Origin: Gemmatimonadales bacterium
Lineage (GTDB): Bacteria > Gemmatimonadota > Gemmatimonadetes > Palauibacterales > Palauibacteraceae
Assembly (NCBI GenBank): GCA_030636765.1
Contig: DAOVWI010000003.1
Span: 1 to 43,932, forward strand
Length of the DNA: 43,932 nucleotides
Reading direction: 5' to 3'
Shown: one piece after another, positions 28,163-38,320 of the stretch
How positions within the stretch are numbered: the first letter of the stretch is position 1
Layout: each line of letters begins with the position of its first letter
Notes under the pieces: model-generated
What the model saw: only the letters and a program-made list of their open reading frames with translations
The model's database searches: none
What the model was told of the DNA's origin: nothing
Position numbers and translations under genes: made by a program

Positions 28163-28825
28163 ATGATGCCCTCCTACGACGCACTGCTCCTGTTCGTTCC
28201 CGTCCTTCTCCTCTCCGTCGTCGCGCACGAGTATGCGCACGCACGCGTCGCGGTCTCACAGGGGGATCTCACTCCGGTGATGTTGGGGCGGCTCACGATG
28301 AACCCCGTCCCCCACATCGATCCCGTCGGGACGGTGCTGGTTCCGCTTCTCCTCTTCTTCAGTCAGGCGGGCTTTCTTTTCGGATGGGCGAAGCCGGTTC
28401 CGGTCAATACCCGGAACTTTCGCGACTACCGGAGGGGCGACGTCCTGGTTTCTGTGGCCGGTGTCGCGGCCAACTTCCTTCTGGCGCTGGCCTTCTTCCT
28501 GGCGGCGCTCGCGCTGGCGGCGGGCGGGGTGACCGCGAGCTCCCCCGGCGTGCCGGGCGCGCTACGGCGAATGGCGCAGTTCGGCCTCTTCTTCAACCTG
28601 CTGCTCGGCGTCTTCAACCTGATACCGATACCGCCGCTGGACGGATCGCACGTCCTCTACCATCTCCTTCCCCCGGCGCTTGGGGCACGCTACCGAGCTT
28701 TGGGTCGTTACGGGATCCTCATGCTCTTCCTGGTGCTCATAGTGCCCGGAGGCCTCGACGTTCTGCTCGTTCCCGTTCGCTTTCTCATGGCTGTGGCGCA
28801 GGGCGTCATCGATGGTGTGGCGTGA
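28163..28825 (+). CDS. Site-2 protease family (M50) membrane metalloprotease
   Basis: HEYAH, GRLTMNP, FGWAKPVPVN, FNLIPIPPLDG. Confidence 0.93.
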   Translation: MMPSYDALLLFVPVLLLSVVAHEYAHARVAVSQGDLTPVMLGRLTMNPVPHIDPVGTVLVPLLLFFSQAGFLFGWAKPVPVNTRNFRDYRRGDVLVSVAGVAANFLLALAFFLAALALAAGGVTASSPGVPGALRRMAQFGLFFNLLLGVFNLIPIPPLDGSHVLYHLLPPALGARYRALGRYGILMLFLVLIVPGGLDVLLVPVRFLMAVAQGVIDGVA

Positions 28826-28838
28826 GGGTGATGATCTG

Positions 28839-29630
28839 ATGGGCACGGCCGCTCCGTCGCAGCCCCGCCCGCGCCCGCGCGATCTGCTCGGCCCGGAGCC
28901 CTTCGTCGTCGACCTCGAGAGGTTCAGCGGTCCTCTGGACCTCCTCTTGCACCTGATCCGGTCACAGGACATCGATATCCTGGACATCCCCATTGCCCGG
29001 ATCACCAACCAGTTCCAGGCCGTGCTTGACGAGGGGATCCAGCAGATGGACCTGGACCGGGCCGGCGAGTTCCTGGAGATGGCTGCGACCTTGATTCGGA
29101 TCAAGGTTCACCTCCTGCTACCGCGCTCGGGCGACCTCGAATGGGATGAGGATCCTCGGGCCGAGTTGGTGCGGAGGCTTCTCGAGTACGAGCACTTCCA
29201 GGAGATCTCGCACCTTCTTTCCCGTGCGGAAGGTGATCGCTCCCGGCACTTCGGCAAGGGGTTCAGCCCGCCGCGACCGGAGGCGACGACAGTGGAGCGG
29301 AGAATCGAGTTCGGAATCATCGACTTCATGGAAGCCGCCCGACGTGCGCTCGAGCGGGCGGCGCAGCGAGTTCACACCGCGCCCGTTCCAGGCGTCAGCG
29401 TCAGGGAAAAGATCGCCCTCGTCCGCCGGCTGATCGGGAAGGCACGGCGCGTTGCGTTCAGGAAGCTGTTCGAGCCGTGGGGAACCCGACAGCACGCCGT
29501 CGCCGCGCTGCTTGCGTGCCTGGAGCTGGCGCGCCGACAGGTGATCCGCGTGGAGCAAGCTGCACCGTTCAGCTCCATCTTCGTGCTGAGAGGAAAGCGA
29601 GTGGGCGATCCCGCCCAGGAGGAAACATGA
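28839..29630 (+). CDS. scpA: Segregation and condensation protein A
   Basis: FSGPLDLLLHLI, DILDIPIARIT, EFLEMAATLIRIK, DPRAELVRRLLEY, LELAR. Confidence 0.93.
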   Translation: MGTAAPSQPRPRPRDLLGPEPFVVDLERFSGPLDLLLHLIRSQDIDILDIPIARITNQFQAVLDEGIQQMDLDRAGEFLEMAATLIRIKVHLLLPRSGDLEWDEDPRAELVRRLLEYEHFQEISHLLSRAEGDRSRHFGKGFSPPRPEATTVERRIEFGIIDFMEAARRALERAAQRVHTAPVPGVSVREKIALVRRLIGKARRVAFRKLFEPWGTRQHAVAALLACLELARRQVIRVEQAAPFSSIFVLRGKRVGDPAQEET

Positions 29631-30313
29631 GGCCCACGCAGATCGTGGAGGCCACTCTGTTCGCGAGCCAGTCCCCGCTCACGCCGAGTGAGTTGGCGCG
29701 CGCCGACGGGTCGCTGACGCCGGAGATTGTCGAGAGGTCCCTGGGCGAGCTCAGGGAGGAGTACGAGAAGGAGGACAGAGCTTTCCAGGTCTACAACCTA
29801 GGCGACGGCTACCAGATCCTGACCCGGCCCGAATACGCTCCGTACCTGGAGCGCTTCGATTCGGTGCCGCGCACCCTCGGCCTCTCCGCCGCCGCCCTGG
29901 AGACTCTGGCCATCATCGCCTACCGGCAGCCGATGAGCCGCGTCGATATCGAGGAAATCCGCGGTGTCGGATCCACGACCGTCCTTCACACCCTTCAGGA
30001 GTGGGAGATGATCGACGTGGTCGGACGCGGCGAGGGACTCGGTCGTCCGCTCCTGTACGGCACGACGCGGCGCATGCTGGATCACTTCGGCCTGCGCGAC
30101 TTGGCCGACCTGCCGAGGCTGGAGGATCTTCCGGTAACCCTGCAGGCCGAGCGGACGCTCGAGGTGCCGCTCGAGGAGGGGCCCGTGGAGGCCGAGAGGC
30201 CTGTGGAGGCCGAGGGGCCCGCAGAGGTCGAGGAGCCTGCAGAGGCCGAGGAGCCAGCGGAGGCAGAGGAGCCTGCGCAGGCCCGGCCAGACGCCCAGCC
30301 CGCGACCGTTTGA
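29627..30313 (+). CDS. scpB: SMC-Scp complex subunit ScpB
   Basis: VEATLFAS, LSAAALETLAIIAYRQP, IEEIRGV, GRPLLYGTT, FGLRDLADLP. Confidence 0.95.
   Translation: MRPTQIVEATLFASQSPLTPSELARADGSLTPEIVERSLGELREEYEKEDRAFQVYNLGDGYQILTRPEYAPYLERFDSVPRTLGLSAAALETLAIIAYRQPMSRVDIEEIRGVGSTTVLHTLQEWEMIDVVGRGEGLGRPLLYGTTRRMLDHFGLRDLADLPRLEDLPVTLQAERTLEVPLEEGPVEAERPVEAEGPAEVEEPAEAEEPAEAEEPAQARPDAQPATV
30175..30282 (+). repeat. Degenerate 18-bp coding tandem repeat (about 6 units, E-E/G-P-A/V-E-A) in the scpB tail
   Basis: Translates as EGPVEA ERPVEA EGPAEV EEPAEA EEPAEA EEPAQA. Confidence 0.8.
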
Positions 30314-31092
30314 CCGAAGAGGGCGTCCGGCTCCAGAAGTACCTGGCGCGAGCCGGCGTCGCGTCGCGCCGCGCGTGCGAGGAGCTGATCGCGGAAGGGC
30401 GCGTGCGGGTGGACGGCCGACTCGTCACGGAGCCGGGCACGCGGGTTCGATCAGGAAGCCTGGTCGAAGTGGACGGCCGTCGGGTGCAGCCTGCACCGGC
30501 CCGGTGGGTGGCCCTCCATAAGCCTCCCGGCTATGTCTGCACGCGTGAGGACCCCCAGGGCAGGCCGACCGTCTACAGCCTCTTGCCCGAGCGCATGAGC
30601 CAGCTGTTTCATGTCGGGCGGCTGGACCTCATGACGGAGGGTCTGCTCCTTCTCACGAACGAGGGGGAACTGGCCCACCGCGTGCTGCACCCGAGCCACC
30701 GAACGCCGCGGCGGTACGAGGTCGTCTTGCATGGGCAACCACCTTCCCATCTACTGGATCGCTTGCTGCGCGGTGTCGAGCTGGAGGACGGAATGGCGAC
30801 CGCCGACGCGGCGAGCTTGGCTCCGGGGCCGGACGCCGGTGCGCCGCTGCTGGTGATCGAGATCCACGAGGGACGAAACCGGGAGATCCGGCGCATGATG
30901 GACGCGCTCGGCGTGAAGATCCGGTCCCTGAAGAGGGTGACGCTCGGGCCGATCGAGCTCGGGGACCTGTCGTTGGGAGGCTGGCGCGAGCTTTCGGTGG
31001 AGGAGGTGAACGCGCTTCGAGCGATCGCGACGACCGGCGGCGAACGGAGTGCGGAACAGGAAGGCACGGCTGGGAGTGAAGCTTGGACATAG
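30310..31092 (+). CDS. rluB: rRNA pseudouridine synthase (RluB/RsuA family)
   Basis: S4 domain RLQKYLARAGVASRRACEELI, HKPPG, VGRLD, EGRNREIRRM. TTG overlaps the scpB stop. Confidence 0.88.
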   Translation: MTEEGVRLQKYLARAGVASRRACEELIAEGRVRVDGRLVTEPGTRVRSGSLVEVDGRRVQPAPARWVALHKPPGYVCTREDPQGRPTVYSLLPERMSQLFHVGRLDLMTEGLLLLTNEGELAHRVLHPSHRTPRRYEVVLHGQPPSHLLDRLLRGVELEDGMATADAASLAPGPDAGAPLLVIEIHEGRNREIRRMMDALGVKIRSLKRVTLGPIELGDLSLGGWRELSVEEVNALRAIATTGGERSAEQEGTAGSEAWT

Positions 31093-32735
31093 CTGATCGC
31101 GTGACCGTCATCCTCGGCGGCTCGGGTCTCGTCGGCTCGGCGATCGCCCGCCGCCTGATCCCCCTGCGGCCGGCCCGGATCGTCATCGGCGGCCTCCGCG
31201 AGGCTGAGGCTCGAGACACCGTCGAGGAGCTTCGCCGGGTACCGGGAGCCGACGAAATAGAGATCATCCCCGAGTGGGGCGATATCTTCGTTCGGCGGGA
31301 GCACCGCGAGCTTTCCCGCAGCGCCATGCTCGAGTCCAAGGAGCGCCGGGGAGAGCTGCTCGAAGATATCTTTGGGGAGCTGAACGAGGAGGCGTTCGCC
31401 AACTCGACCCTCTTCTCGCTCCTCCAGCGGCACCGCCCGCACATCGTCATCGACTGCATCAACACCGCCACGGCGATCGCCTATCAGGAGCTCTACGCGT
31501 CCGCACAGCGCCTGCGGGAGGCCGCCGCGGGCGGCCAGGTCACGCCGGACGACGTGGAGACTCACCTGACGATGCTGTACCTCCCACAGCTCATCCGGCA
31601 CGTGCAGCTGCTTCTGGAGGGCATGCGAAGGGCGGGCACGCGGATCTACGTGAAGATCGGCACCTCCGGCACGGGCGGCATGGGCCTCAACGTCCCGTTC
31701 ACGCACTCCGAGGAGCGTCCGTCACGCTCCCTGCTCGCCAAGGCCAGCGTGGCCGGTGCGCAGTCGCTGCTGCTCTTCCTCATGGCCAGGACGCCGGATG
31801 CCCCGGTCGTGAAGGAGGTGAAACCCACGGCGGCCATCGCCTGGCGGCGCGTGGCGTATGGACCCGTGATGCGGGGAGGACGGCCGATTCCGCGTTACGA
31901 TGCGGTGGCGCCGGTCGTCCTTGAGGAGATGCTGGACGTGCCGGTGGCGGAGGCGTGCCGGCCGCTGGGGGAAGCGATCGAGTCGGTGTATCTGGACGCC
32001 GGAGAGAACGGTCTCTTCAGCCTGGCGGAGTTCGAGACGATCTCGGAGCTCCGGATGATGGAGATCATCACGCCCGAGGAGATCGCGAAGACCGCGATCG
32101 ACGAGATCGAGGGCAGGCCGACCGGACGCGACATCGTGGCCGCGCTCGATGCGTCCAGCTCCGGCCCGACGTACCGCGGCGGGATCATGCGAGAGGCGGC
32201 CCTCCGCCGCATGGAGGAGCTCGAGGGGGAACACGGCGTCCGGTCGATTGCGTTCGAGATGCTGGGGCCCCCGCGGCTCAGCAAGCTGCTCTTCGAAGCG
32301 GCGATCCTGAGGGAGCTCTTCGAGGACGTACGAACCGCCGGCCAGCTCGAGGAAAAGGAGACGGCGGAGCGGGCGGCCGAGCTGATCGAGGTCGACCGGG
32401 ACTTGCGGTCCGCGATCGTGTCGATCGGGCTGCCGATCCTTCTGCCCGATGGCCGGCACGTCCTGCGGGGCCCGGATGTCAAGGTGCAGCCGCCGGAGGG
32501 TCAGGTGCTGCACGATGCTCGCTTGGCGAGCCAGGGATGGGTGGACCTTCGTGCCGTTTCTTGGGTCAAATGGCGAGAGCGGTGCACGGCCTTCATCCAG
32601 GACCAGGTGGACGGCGCGGGAGCGGATGCGGGGTCGGGTCGCGATCTCGATCCGCGGGCGCGTACCGGCCAGATCCGGCCGGGGGCGCTCGCGGCTTTCG
32701 TCTTTCGTGTGGAGGACGAGGGCGAGCGAGCGTAG
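31083..32735 (+). CDS. Uncharacterised NAD(P)-binding Rossmann-fold (SDR-like) protein
   Basis: N-terminal VILGGSGLVGSAIAR dinucleotide motif; VIDCINTAT; KIGTSGTGGMG; 550 aa with host-like codon usage. Confidence 0.72.
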   Translation: MDIADRVTVILGGSGLVGSAIARRLIPLRPARIVIGGLREAEARDTVEELRRVPGADEIEIIPEWGDIFVRREHRELSRSAMLESKERRGELLEDIFGELNEEAFANSTLFSLLQRHRPHIVIDCINTATAIAYQELYASAQRLREAAAGGQVTPDDVETHLTMLYLPQLIRHVQLLLEGMRRAGTRIYVKIGTSGTGGMGLNVPFTHSEERPSRSLLAKASVAGAQSLLLFLMARTPDAPVVKEVKPTAAIAWRRVAYGPVMRGGRPIPRYDAVAPVVLEEMLDVPVAEACRPLGEAIESVYLDAGENGLFSLAEFETISELRMMEIITPEEIAKTAIDEIEGRPTGRDIVAALDASSSGPTYRGGIMREAALRRMEELEGEHGVRSIAFEMLGPPRLSKLLFEAAILRELFEDVRTAGQLEEKETAERAAELIEVDRDLRSAIVSIGLPILLPDGRHVLRGPDVKVQPPEGQVLHDARLASQGWVDLRAVSWVKWRERCTAFIQDQVDGAGADAGSGRDLDPRARTGQIRPGALAAFVFRVEDEGERA

Positions 32736-32774
32736 GGCTGAAAAGGAGAAGGGTCCGCCGATGCGTGAAGACGG

Positions 32775-33797
32775 ATGATGGAGCAGGCGGGAGTGGCAGA
32801 GCGACTGTCGGAGGCGGAGCTCGAGCGGCTGGCAGGTGAGATCGGCGACGCCTCCTCGTTCCTGACGGACATCCGAGAGGCCGTCGCGCGCCGCGTCGTC
32901 GGGCAGCGCGAGATGATCGACCGGCTGCTGATCGGCCTGCTCACCGGAGGGCACGTCCTGCTGGAGGGCGTGCCGGGGCTCGCCAAGACGCTGACCGTGC
33001 GCACGCTGGCTGACGCCCTCCATGTCGTCTTCCGGCGCATCCAGTTCACTCCGGACCTCCTGCCCGCCGATCTGATCGGCACGCTCATCTGGGACGAGGG
33101 ATCGGGCGACTTCGTGCCGAAGCGAGGCCCGATCTTCAGCAACCTCGTGCTGGCCGACGAGATCAACCGCGCACCGGCCAAGGTCCAGTCCGCTCTCCTG
33201 GAGGCGATGCAGGAGCGTCAGGTCACGATTGGTGACACGAGCTACGAGCTCCCGGCGCCGTTTCTGGTGCTGGCCACCCAGAACCCGATCGAGCACGAGG
33301 GCACGTATCCGCTCCCGGAGGCCCAGGTCGACCGCTTTATGTTCAAGGTGCGGGTGGACTACCCGAGTCGTGAAGAGGAGCGGGAGGTGATGAGGCGGAT
33401 GACGAGCGACCGACTGAAGCCGATCGAGGCGGTGATCCGGCCGGAGCGGATCCTGGAGATCCGCGAGCAGCTTCAAGAGATCTACCTGGACGACCGGGTG
33501 GAGAACTACATCCTGGACCTCGTGCTCGCGACGCGCGATCCGGCGGCTGCGGGACTCTCCGACCTCGAGGAATGGGTGGAGTACGGGGCCTCGCCTCGCG
33601 CGAGCATCTATCTGGCGCGGGCCTCCCGCGCCCACGCCTTCATGGAGGGACGGCCGTTCGTTCTCCCGGAGGACGTACAGCAGGTAGCCCGGGACGTGCT
33701 GAGGCACCGCGTCATCCTCACCTTCCAGGCCGAGGCGGAGCAGATCAGCCCGGAGGTCGTGCTGGACCGCCTGCTGGAGACCGTTCCCGTGCCGTGA
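32775..33797 (+). CDS. MoxR family AAA+ ATPase
   Basis: GHVLLEGVPGLAKT, RIQFTPDLLPAD, LADEINRAPAKVQSALLEAMQE, ATQNPIE, GASPRA. Confidence 0.96.
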   Translation: MMEQAGVAERLSEAELERLAGEIGDASSFLTDIREAVARRVVGQREMIDRLLIGLLTGGHVLLEGVPGLAKTLTVRTLADALHVVFRRIQFTPDLLPADLIGTLIWDEGSGDFVPKRGPIFSNLVLADEINRAPAKVQSALLEAMQERQVTIGDTSYELPAPFLVLATQNPIEHEGTYPLPEAQVDRFMFKVRVDYPSREEEREVMRRMTSDRLKPIEAVIRPERILEIREQLQEIYLDDRVENYILDLVLATRDPAAAGLSDLEEWVEYGASPRASIYLARASRAHAFMEGRPFVLPEDVQQVARDVLRHRVILTFQAEAEQISPEVVLDRLLETVPVP

Positions 33798-34723
33798 TTC
33801 GGCTCTGGCGCAGGGACGCCGTCGAGGGTGGCGCGCAGATGCTGTCGAGTGCCGAGCTGGCCGCTCGAGCCAGGCGACTCGAGCTGAAGGCGCGGCGGCT
33901 CGTAGACGGCCGCGCGCTTGGAGCCTACGACTCGGTGTTTCGAGGGCACGGCATCGAGTTCTCGGAGGTGCGCGCCTACCAGTCCGGCGATCCGTTCAGC
34001 TCGATCGACTGGAAGGTGACGGCCCGGATGGGCAAGCCGTACGTCAAGCGCTTCGTCGAGGAGCGCGAGCTCACCGTTCTTCTCGTCGTCGATCTTTCCT
34101 CCTCCACCGACTTCGGGACCAGGCAGCGGCTGAAGCGGGAGCTGGCGTTTGAGGTGGCGGGTGTGCTGGCCCTCGCGGCGGCTCGCAACAACGATCGGGT
34201 CGGTCTGCTGCTCTTCACCGACAAGGTGGAGCGGTTCGTGCCTCCGCTGCGCGGCCGCGGCCGCGTCCTTTGCCTTCTCTACGATCTGCTCCGGTTTCGG
34301 CCGGAGGGGAAGGGGACCGACCTGCCGCAGGCGCTCGATGCGGCGAACCGCTACCTCAAGGTCCGGTCGCTGATTTTCGTGATCTCGGATTTCCAGGGAA
34401 CGGGACCGCCGCGCGCGCTGCGCGCTGCCTCGGGACGGCATGACGTCGTGGCGATCGAGATTCACGATCCGGCGGAGTTCGAGCTGCCCAGGTCGGGACT
34501 CATCGAGGTCGAGGATCCGGAAACCGGCGCCCGTGAGATCGCGGACCTGGCTGACGGCGTGACACGCAGGCGCCTCCGGGGCCTGGCGGAGGCGGAGCAC
34601 GAGAGGACGGTGCGGGCGATCCGCGGTGCGGGCATCGACCGAGTGGAGCTGCGCACGGACCAGCCGTACGCCGCCGAGCTTGCCGCGTTCTTCGGGGCTC
34701 GGGCGAGAGCGAGGCGACGGTGA
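33794..34723 (+). CDS. DUF58 domain-containing protein
   Basis: FRGHGIEFSEVRAYQSGD, IDWKVTAR, FVEERE, DLSSS, ISDF; follows MoxR. Confidence 0.92.
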   Translation: MIRLWRRDAVEGGAQMLSSAELAARARRLELKARRLVDGRALGAYDSVFRGHGIEFSEVRAYQSGDPFSSIDWKVTARMGKPYVKRFVEERELTVLLVVDLSSSTDFGTRQRLKRELAFEVAGVLALAAARNNDRVGLLLFTDKVERFVPPLRGRGRVLCLLYDLLRFRPEGKGTDLPQALDAANRYLKVRSLIFVISDFQGTGPPRALRAASGRHDVVAIEIHDPAEFELPRSGLIEVEDPETGAREIADLADGVTRRRLRGLAEAEHERTVRAIRGAGIDRVELRTDQPYAAELAAFFGARARARRR

Positions 34724-35643
34724 GGATCCTAACGGCCGCCGCAGGCGCCCTCGGGGCGGCGTTGCTCGGCGCGTCGATCCCAGCGACGGTGCACGGGCAG
34801 GCTTCGCCGCCCTCGCAGGTACGTGCCGCCGCCGCCCTGCTTCCGGACACGGTCCTGGTGGGCCAGCCGTTCCGCCTCGGCGTGACCGTCCAGGCGCCGC
34901 GCGGCCTGCGGATCCGGTTTCCCGGCGCGCTCGAGCTCACCGATGACCTCGAGCAGGTGGGAGCCGTGGAGCTCGGCCATCGGCGGCCGAGAACGGGCGT
35001 CATGCGCGCCTACTACCGCGTGGTCGCCTGGACGGCCGGCGAGCACTCGGTTCCGCCGATTCACGTCAAGCTGTACGCGGACCCGGCGGTGGGCGATCCG
35101 TTGGACCTGGCCGTCGCCGTGCCCCCGCTCATCGTCCGGACGGTGCTTCCGGCGGACGCTCGGGGGCTGGAGCTCCGGCAGGGGCTCCCGTTCCTCGACC
35201 CGTCGCCGTTTCCGTGGATCGCCCTCCTCCTGCTGATTGCGATCCTCGTGGGCCTGTGGGCCTACTACCGGTATCGAAAGCGTGATGAAACGGCCGATGA
35301 GGCCGTGCGCGTCCTCACGCTGTGGGAGAGTGCCCTCGAGGAGCTGCGGGCGCTGGCGGAGGAGTGGAGGACCGGTCGCCTGACGCCGGACGCCTTCGGC
35401 GATCGGCTGGAGGGCATTCTGTGGGGATACCTGGCCGCGACCGACGGATGGGTGCCGGGCAGACCCGTTCGCGCCGCGGTCAACGGGGATAGGCGCTTCG
35501 CCCGGGCGCTTGACTACTCGGCCCGCGTACGCTTCGCGCGCCTCGAGGGCGGGTACGGCGGTCCGATCGAGGCGACCGATGCCTGCGAGGCGTGGATCCT
35601 CTCGCGCCACGAGCCGGCCGGCGCTCCGGAGGAAGGCCCGTGA
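34720..35643 (+). CDS. Bat-operon accessory single-pass membrane protein
   Basis: Signal peptide, beta-rich periplasmic domain, one TM, ALEELRAL and VRFA helical tail; sits between DUF58 and BatA. Confidence 0.7.
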   Translation: MRILTAAAGALGAALLGASIPATVHGQASPPSQVRAAAALLPDTVLVGQPFRLGVTVQAPRGLRIRFPGALELTDDLEQVGAVELGHRRPRTGVMRAYYRVVAWTAGEHSVPPIHVKLYADPAVGDPLDLAVAVPPLIVRTVLPADARGLELRQGLPFLDPSPFPWIALLLLIAILVGLWAYYRYRKRDETADEAVRVLTLWESALEELRALAEEWRTGRLTPDAFGDRLEGILWGYLAATDGWVPGRPVRAAVNGDRRFARALDYSARVRFARLEGGYGGPIEATDACEAWILSRHEPAGAPEEGP

Positions 35644-36632
35644 GCGCCCTCTCCTTCACCGGCTGGCCGTATCTCGCGCTGCTTCCGCTGATCCCGCTGG
35701 GCTGGTGGTGGGCCGCTCGCCGCCGCGTGCGCGTGCCGTATCCGGGCACCTCTCTGCTCCGATCGGCGGCCCGTCCCTCTCGCTGGATCTGGTGGTACTG
35801 GCAGCCAGCGTGGAGGAGCGCGGCCCTCGTCCTCATCCTGCTGGCCCTCCTCCAGCCGCAGAGGCTCTTCCAGAGAGTGGAAGAGGTGACCGAGGGCATC
35901 GCAATCATCCTGGTGGTGGACATCTCGAGCTCCATGCTCGCCGAGGACTTTCGGCCCCAGAACCGCCTCGCGATCGCGAAGCGCGAAGTGCAGCGCTTCA
36001 TAGAGGGGCGGGAGTCGGACTGGATCGGGCTCGTCAGCTTCTCCGGCGAGGCGCTCACGGTGATCCCGGGAACGCTGGACCACGATCTGGTGGTGAAGGC
36101 GGTCGAGCAGCTCGACGTGGGCCAGCTCCGGGATGGGACGGCGATCGGGGTCGCCCTCGCCACGGCGGCCAACCGTCTACGGGGTCTCGAGTCGAGCTCG
36201 AAGGTCGTGGTCCTCCTGACCGACGGGGACAACAACAGCGGCACGATCGCGCCGCTCGATGCGGCGGGTGCTGCGGAGGCGCTGGGGATCCGGGTGTACA
36301 CGGTCGGGATCGGACGCGACGGCGTGGCGCCGGTGCCGATCGCTCGCACCGCCTATGGTTACCAGTACGCGAACGTCCAGGTGCGGGTGAACGACGAGCT
36401 CCTGCAGTCGATCGCCGATGGAACCGGCGGCCTTTACTTCCGGGCGACGGACCCGGAGGCGCTCGGCCGCATCTACCGGCGGATAGACGAGCTCGAAACG
36501 GCCCCGATCCGGGAGGTGAGGACCGTGGACCGCGTGGCGCTCCGGCCCGAGCTGCTCTGGCTCGCGGTGGGCGCGCTACTCCTCGAGCTGGCCGGAGCGG
36601 CGACCCGCGGCCTGAGGATGCTGCAGGTATGA
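35640..36632 (+). CDS. VWA domain protein, BatA-like
   Basis: N-terminal TMs, MIDAS DISSSM, DGTAIGVALATA, LLTDGDNN, IADGTGGLYFRA. Confidence 0.88.
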   Translation: MSALSFTGWPYLALLPLIPLGWWWAARRRVRVPYPGTSLLRSAARPSRWIWWYWQPAWRSAALVLILLALLQPQRLFQRVEEVTEGIAIILVVDISSSMLAEDFRPQNRLAIAKREVQRFIEGRESDWIGLVSFSGEALTVIPGTLDHDLVVKAVEQLDVGQLRDGTAIGVALATAANRLRGLESSSKVVVLLTDGDNNSGTIAPLDAAGAAEALGIRVYTVGIGRDGVAPVPIARTAYGYQYANVQVRVNDELLQSIADGTGGLYFRATDPEALGRIYRRIDELETAPIREVRTVDRVALRPELLWLAVGALLLELAGAATRGLRMLQV

Positions 36633-37615
36633 CCGGGGCGCTCGTCTTCCTCGCCGTCTTTCTGGTGCTCGCCTTGCGGGCCGCCGCGGTGCTGCGTGCG
36701 CGACAGGAGCGGGAGCGCTTCGCGGACCGCCGCGTGCTGGGGCTGATGGTCGGGGAGCCATCCCCGGCTCTGATCGTGCTGCGGGCGGTCGCGCTGGCCC
36801 TCGGGGCCGCGGCTCTCGGGCTGACGGTGTTCGGCGCCTCCGGGGAGGCCGGGGAGCGACCGGATTCGGCGGGCCTCGAGACGGTTCTCGTGCTGGATGC
36901 GTCGAACTCGATGCTCGCCGGCGACATCGTGCCCAACCGGCTGACCCTTCAGCAGGAGATCGCTCAGGGTCTGATCGCGTCCCTGCCGGGTCGGATCGGC
37001 ATCGTCTACTTCGCGGGCCGGGGCTACGTGCTCTCACCGCTGACCACGGACCGGGAGGCCGCGCTCATGTACGCGGAGAGCGTGCACCCCGCCGTCGTCG
37101 GCCGTGGCGGCTCGGCGCTCGCCTCGGGGCTCGTGCAGGCGCTGCAGGTGCTCGAGGGCGGAGAAGGGACCGAGCGCCAGGCGATCGTGCTCATCACGGA
37201 CGGGGAGTCCACGGCGGGAGAGAACCAGGAGCTGCTGGATGCGACGGAGCGTGCGGCGCGCGCCGGCGTGCCGGTTCATGCGGTCGGCCTCGGAACGCCC
37301 GAGGGCGGCCGGATCGCCGCGGCGGCCGCCGTGGGCCTCGCGGGGCGGCGTGCGGGCCCCGAGGGCAGCTTCCTCCGGGGGCCGGACGGCGAGATCGTCG
37401 TGACCAGGCTCGAAGACGACGTGCTCAAGAGCATCGCTCGGGAGACGGACGGATCCTACGAGGTCGCGGACGAGAACACGGTGAGCCGGATCGTCTTTCG
37501 TCTGAGCCTCTCCGGCAGAGAGGACGGCCCGGCGAACGCCGGCTCCGCCAACCTCTTCCTCGTGCTGGCTTTTCTCGCCCTCTGGGCCGAGGGCTTCGTG
37601 GCGGTGCGATCGTGA
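36629..37615 (+). CDS. VWA domain protein, BatB-like
   Basis: DASNSMLAGDIVPNRL, PLTTD, ITDGE, VGLGTPEG, VVTRLEDDVLKSIA. Confidence 0.85.
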   Translation: MTGALVFLAVFLVLALRAAAVLRARQERERFADRRVLGLMVGEPSPALIVLRAVALALGAAALGLTVFGASGEAGERPDSAGLETVLVLDASNSMLAGDIVPNRLTLQQEIAQGLIASLPGRIGIVYFAGRGYVLSPLTTDREAALMYAESVHPAVVGRGGSALASGLVQALQVLEGGEGTERQAIVLITDGESTAGENQELLDATERAARAGVPVHAVGLGTPEGGRIAAAAAVGLAGRRAGPEGSFLRGPDGEIVVTRLEDDVLKSIARETDGSYEVADENTVSRIVFRLSLSGREDGPANAGSANLFLVLAFLALWAEGFVAVRS

Positions 37616-38280
37616 CGCTGCCTCGCTCTCTCCTCCTCGTGGTCGCTCTTACGGTCCTCGGCGCCGCTCAGGTCCCGACGGAGGGCCCGCCTCCGCCGGC
37701 TGCGGATTCGCTGATCGCGGTCTACCGGGAGCGCGCGGCCGACTCCGAGAACCCTCGAGACTGGTACAACCTCGGCACGGCCTACCTGGAGGCCCGGATG
37801 TGGCCCGATGCCCGGGGCGATCTCACCCGGGCCTCGGAGGAGGGTGAGGGCAAGGTAGCGCGCTTCTCCCGCTACAACCTCGGGGTGGCGAACGCCATGG
37901 AGGGGCATCCGGAGGGTGATGCCCCGGCCGAGGAGCGCCGCGGCCGCTTGTTGGCCGCCCGGGATGCGTTCCGCGCCGTGCTCGGGGAGGACGCGGAGGA
38001 CCCGAACGCCCGCTGGAACCTGGAGCTGGTGAACAAGTGGCTCGAGGAGACGCAGTCCGAGGGCGGAAGCTCCGACCAGGACGAGGAGCAGCAACAGGGC
38101 GGTGCGGGTGGATCCTCCGGCCAGCAGGGTCCGGCCGACCCCGGTGGCGAGGCGCCCTCGCTGACCCGGGAGGAGGCGGAGCGCCTCCTGCAGCAGGCGG
38201 CGGGCGCCGAGGAGGATGTCCGCAACAAGACGCTTCGGCGCGGACGGCTTCGAGACCCGGTGGTCGAGCGAAACTGGTAG
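37612..38280 (+). CDS. TPR protein, BatC-like
   Basis: WYNLGTAYL, YNLGVA, NARWNLEL, Q/E/G-rich linker, EAERLL, terminal ERNW. Confidence 0.82.
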   Translation: MTLPRSLLLVVALTVLGAAQVPTEGPPPPAADSLIAVYRERAADSENPRDWYNLGTAYLEARMWPDARGDLTRASEEGEGKVARFSRYNLGVANAMEGHPEGDAPAEERRGRLLAARDAFRAVLGEDAEDPNARWNLELVNKWLEETQSEGGSSDQDEEQQQGGAGGSSGQQGPADPGGEAPSLTREEAERLLQQAAGAEEDVRNKTLRRGRLRDPVVERNW

Positions 38281-38320
38281 GCAGGCCTGGGACCTGGCAG
38301 CCGGCCGGGGCGGCGGCCGC

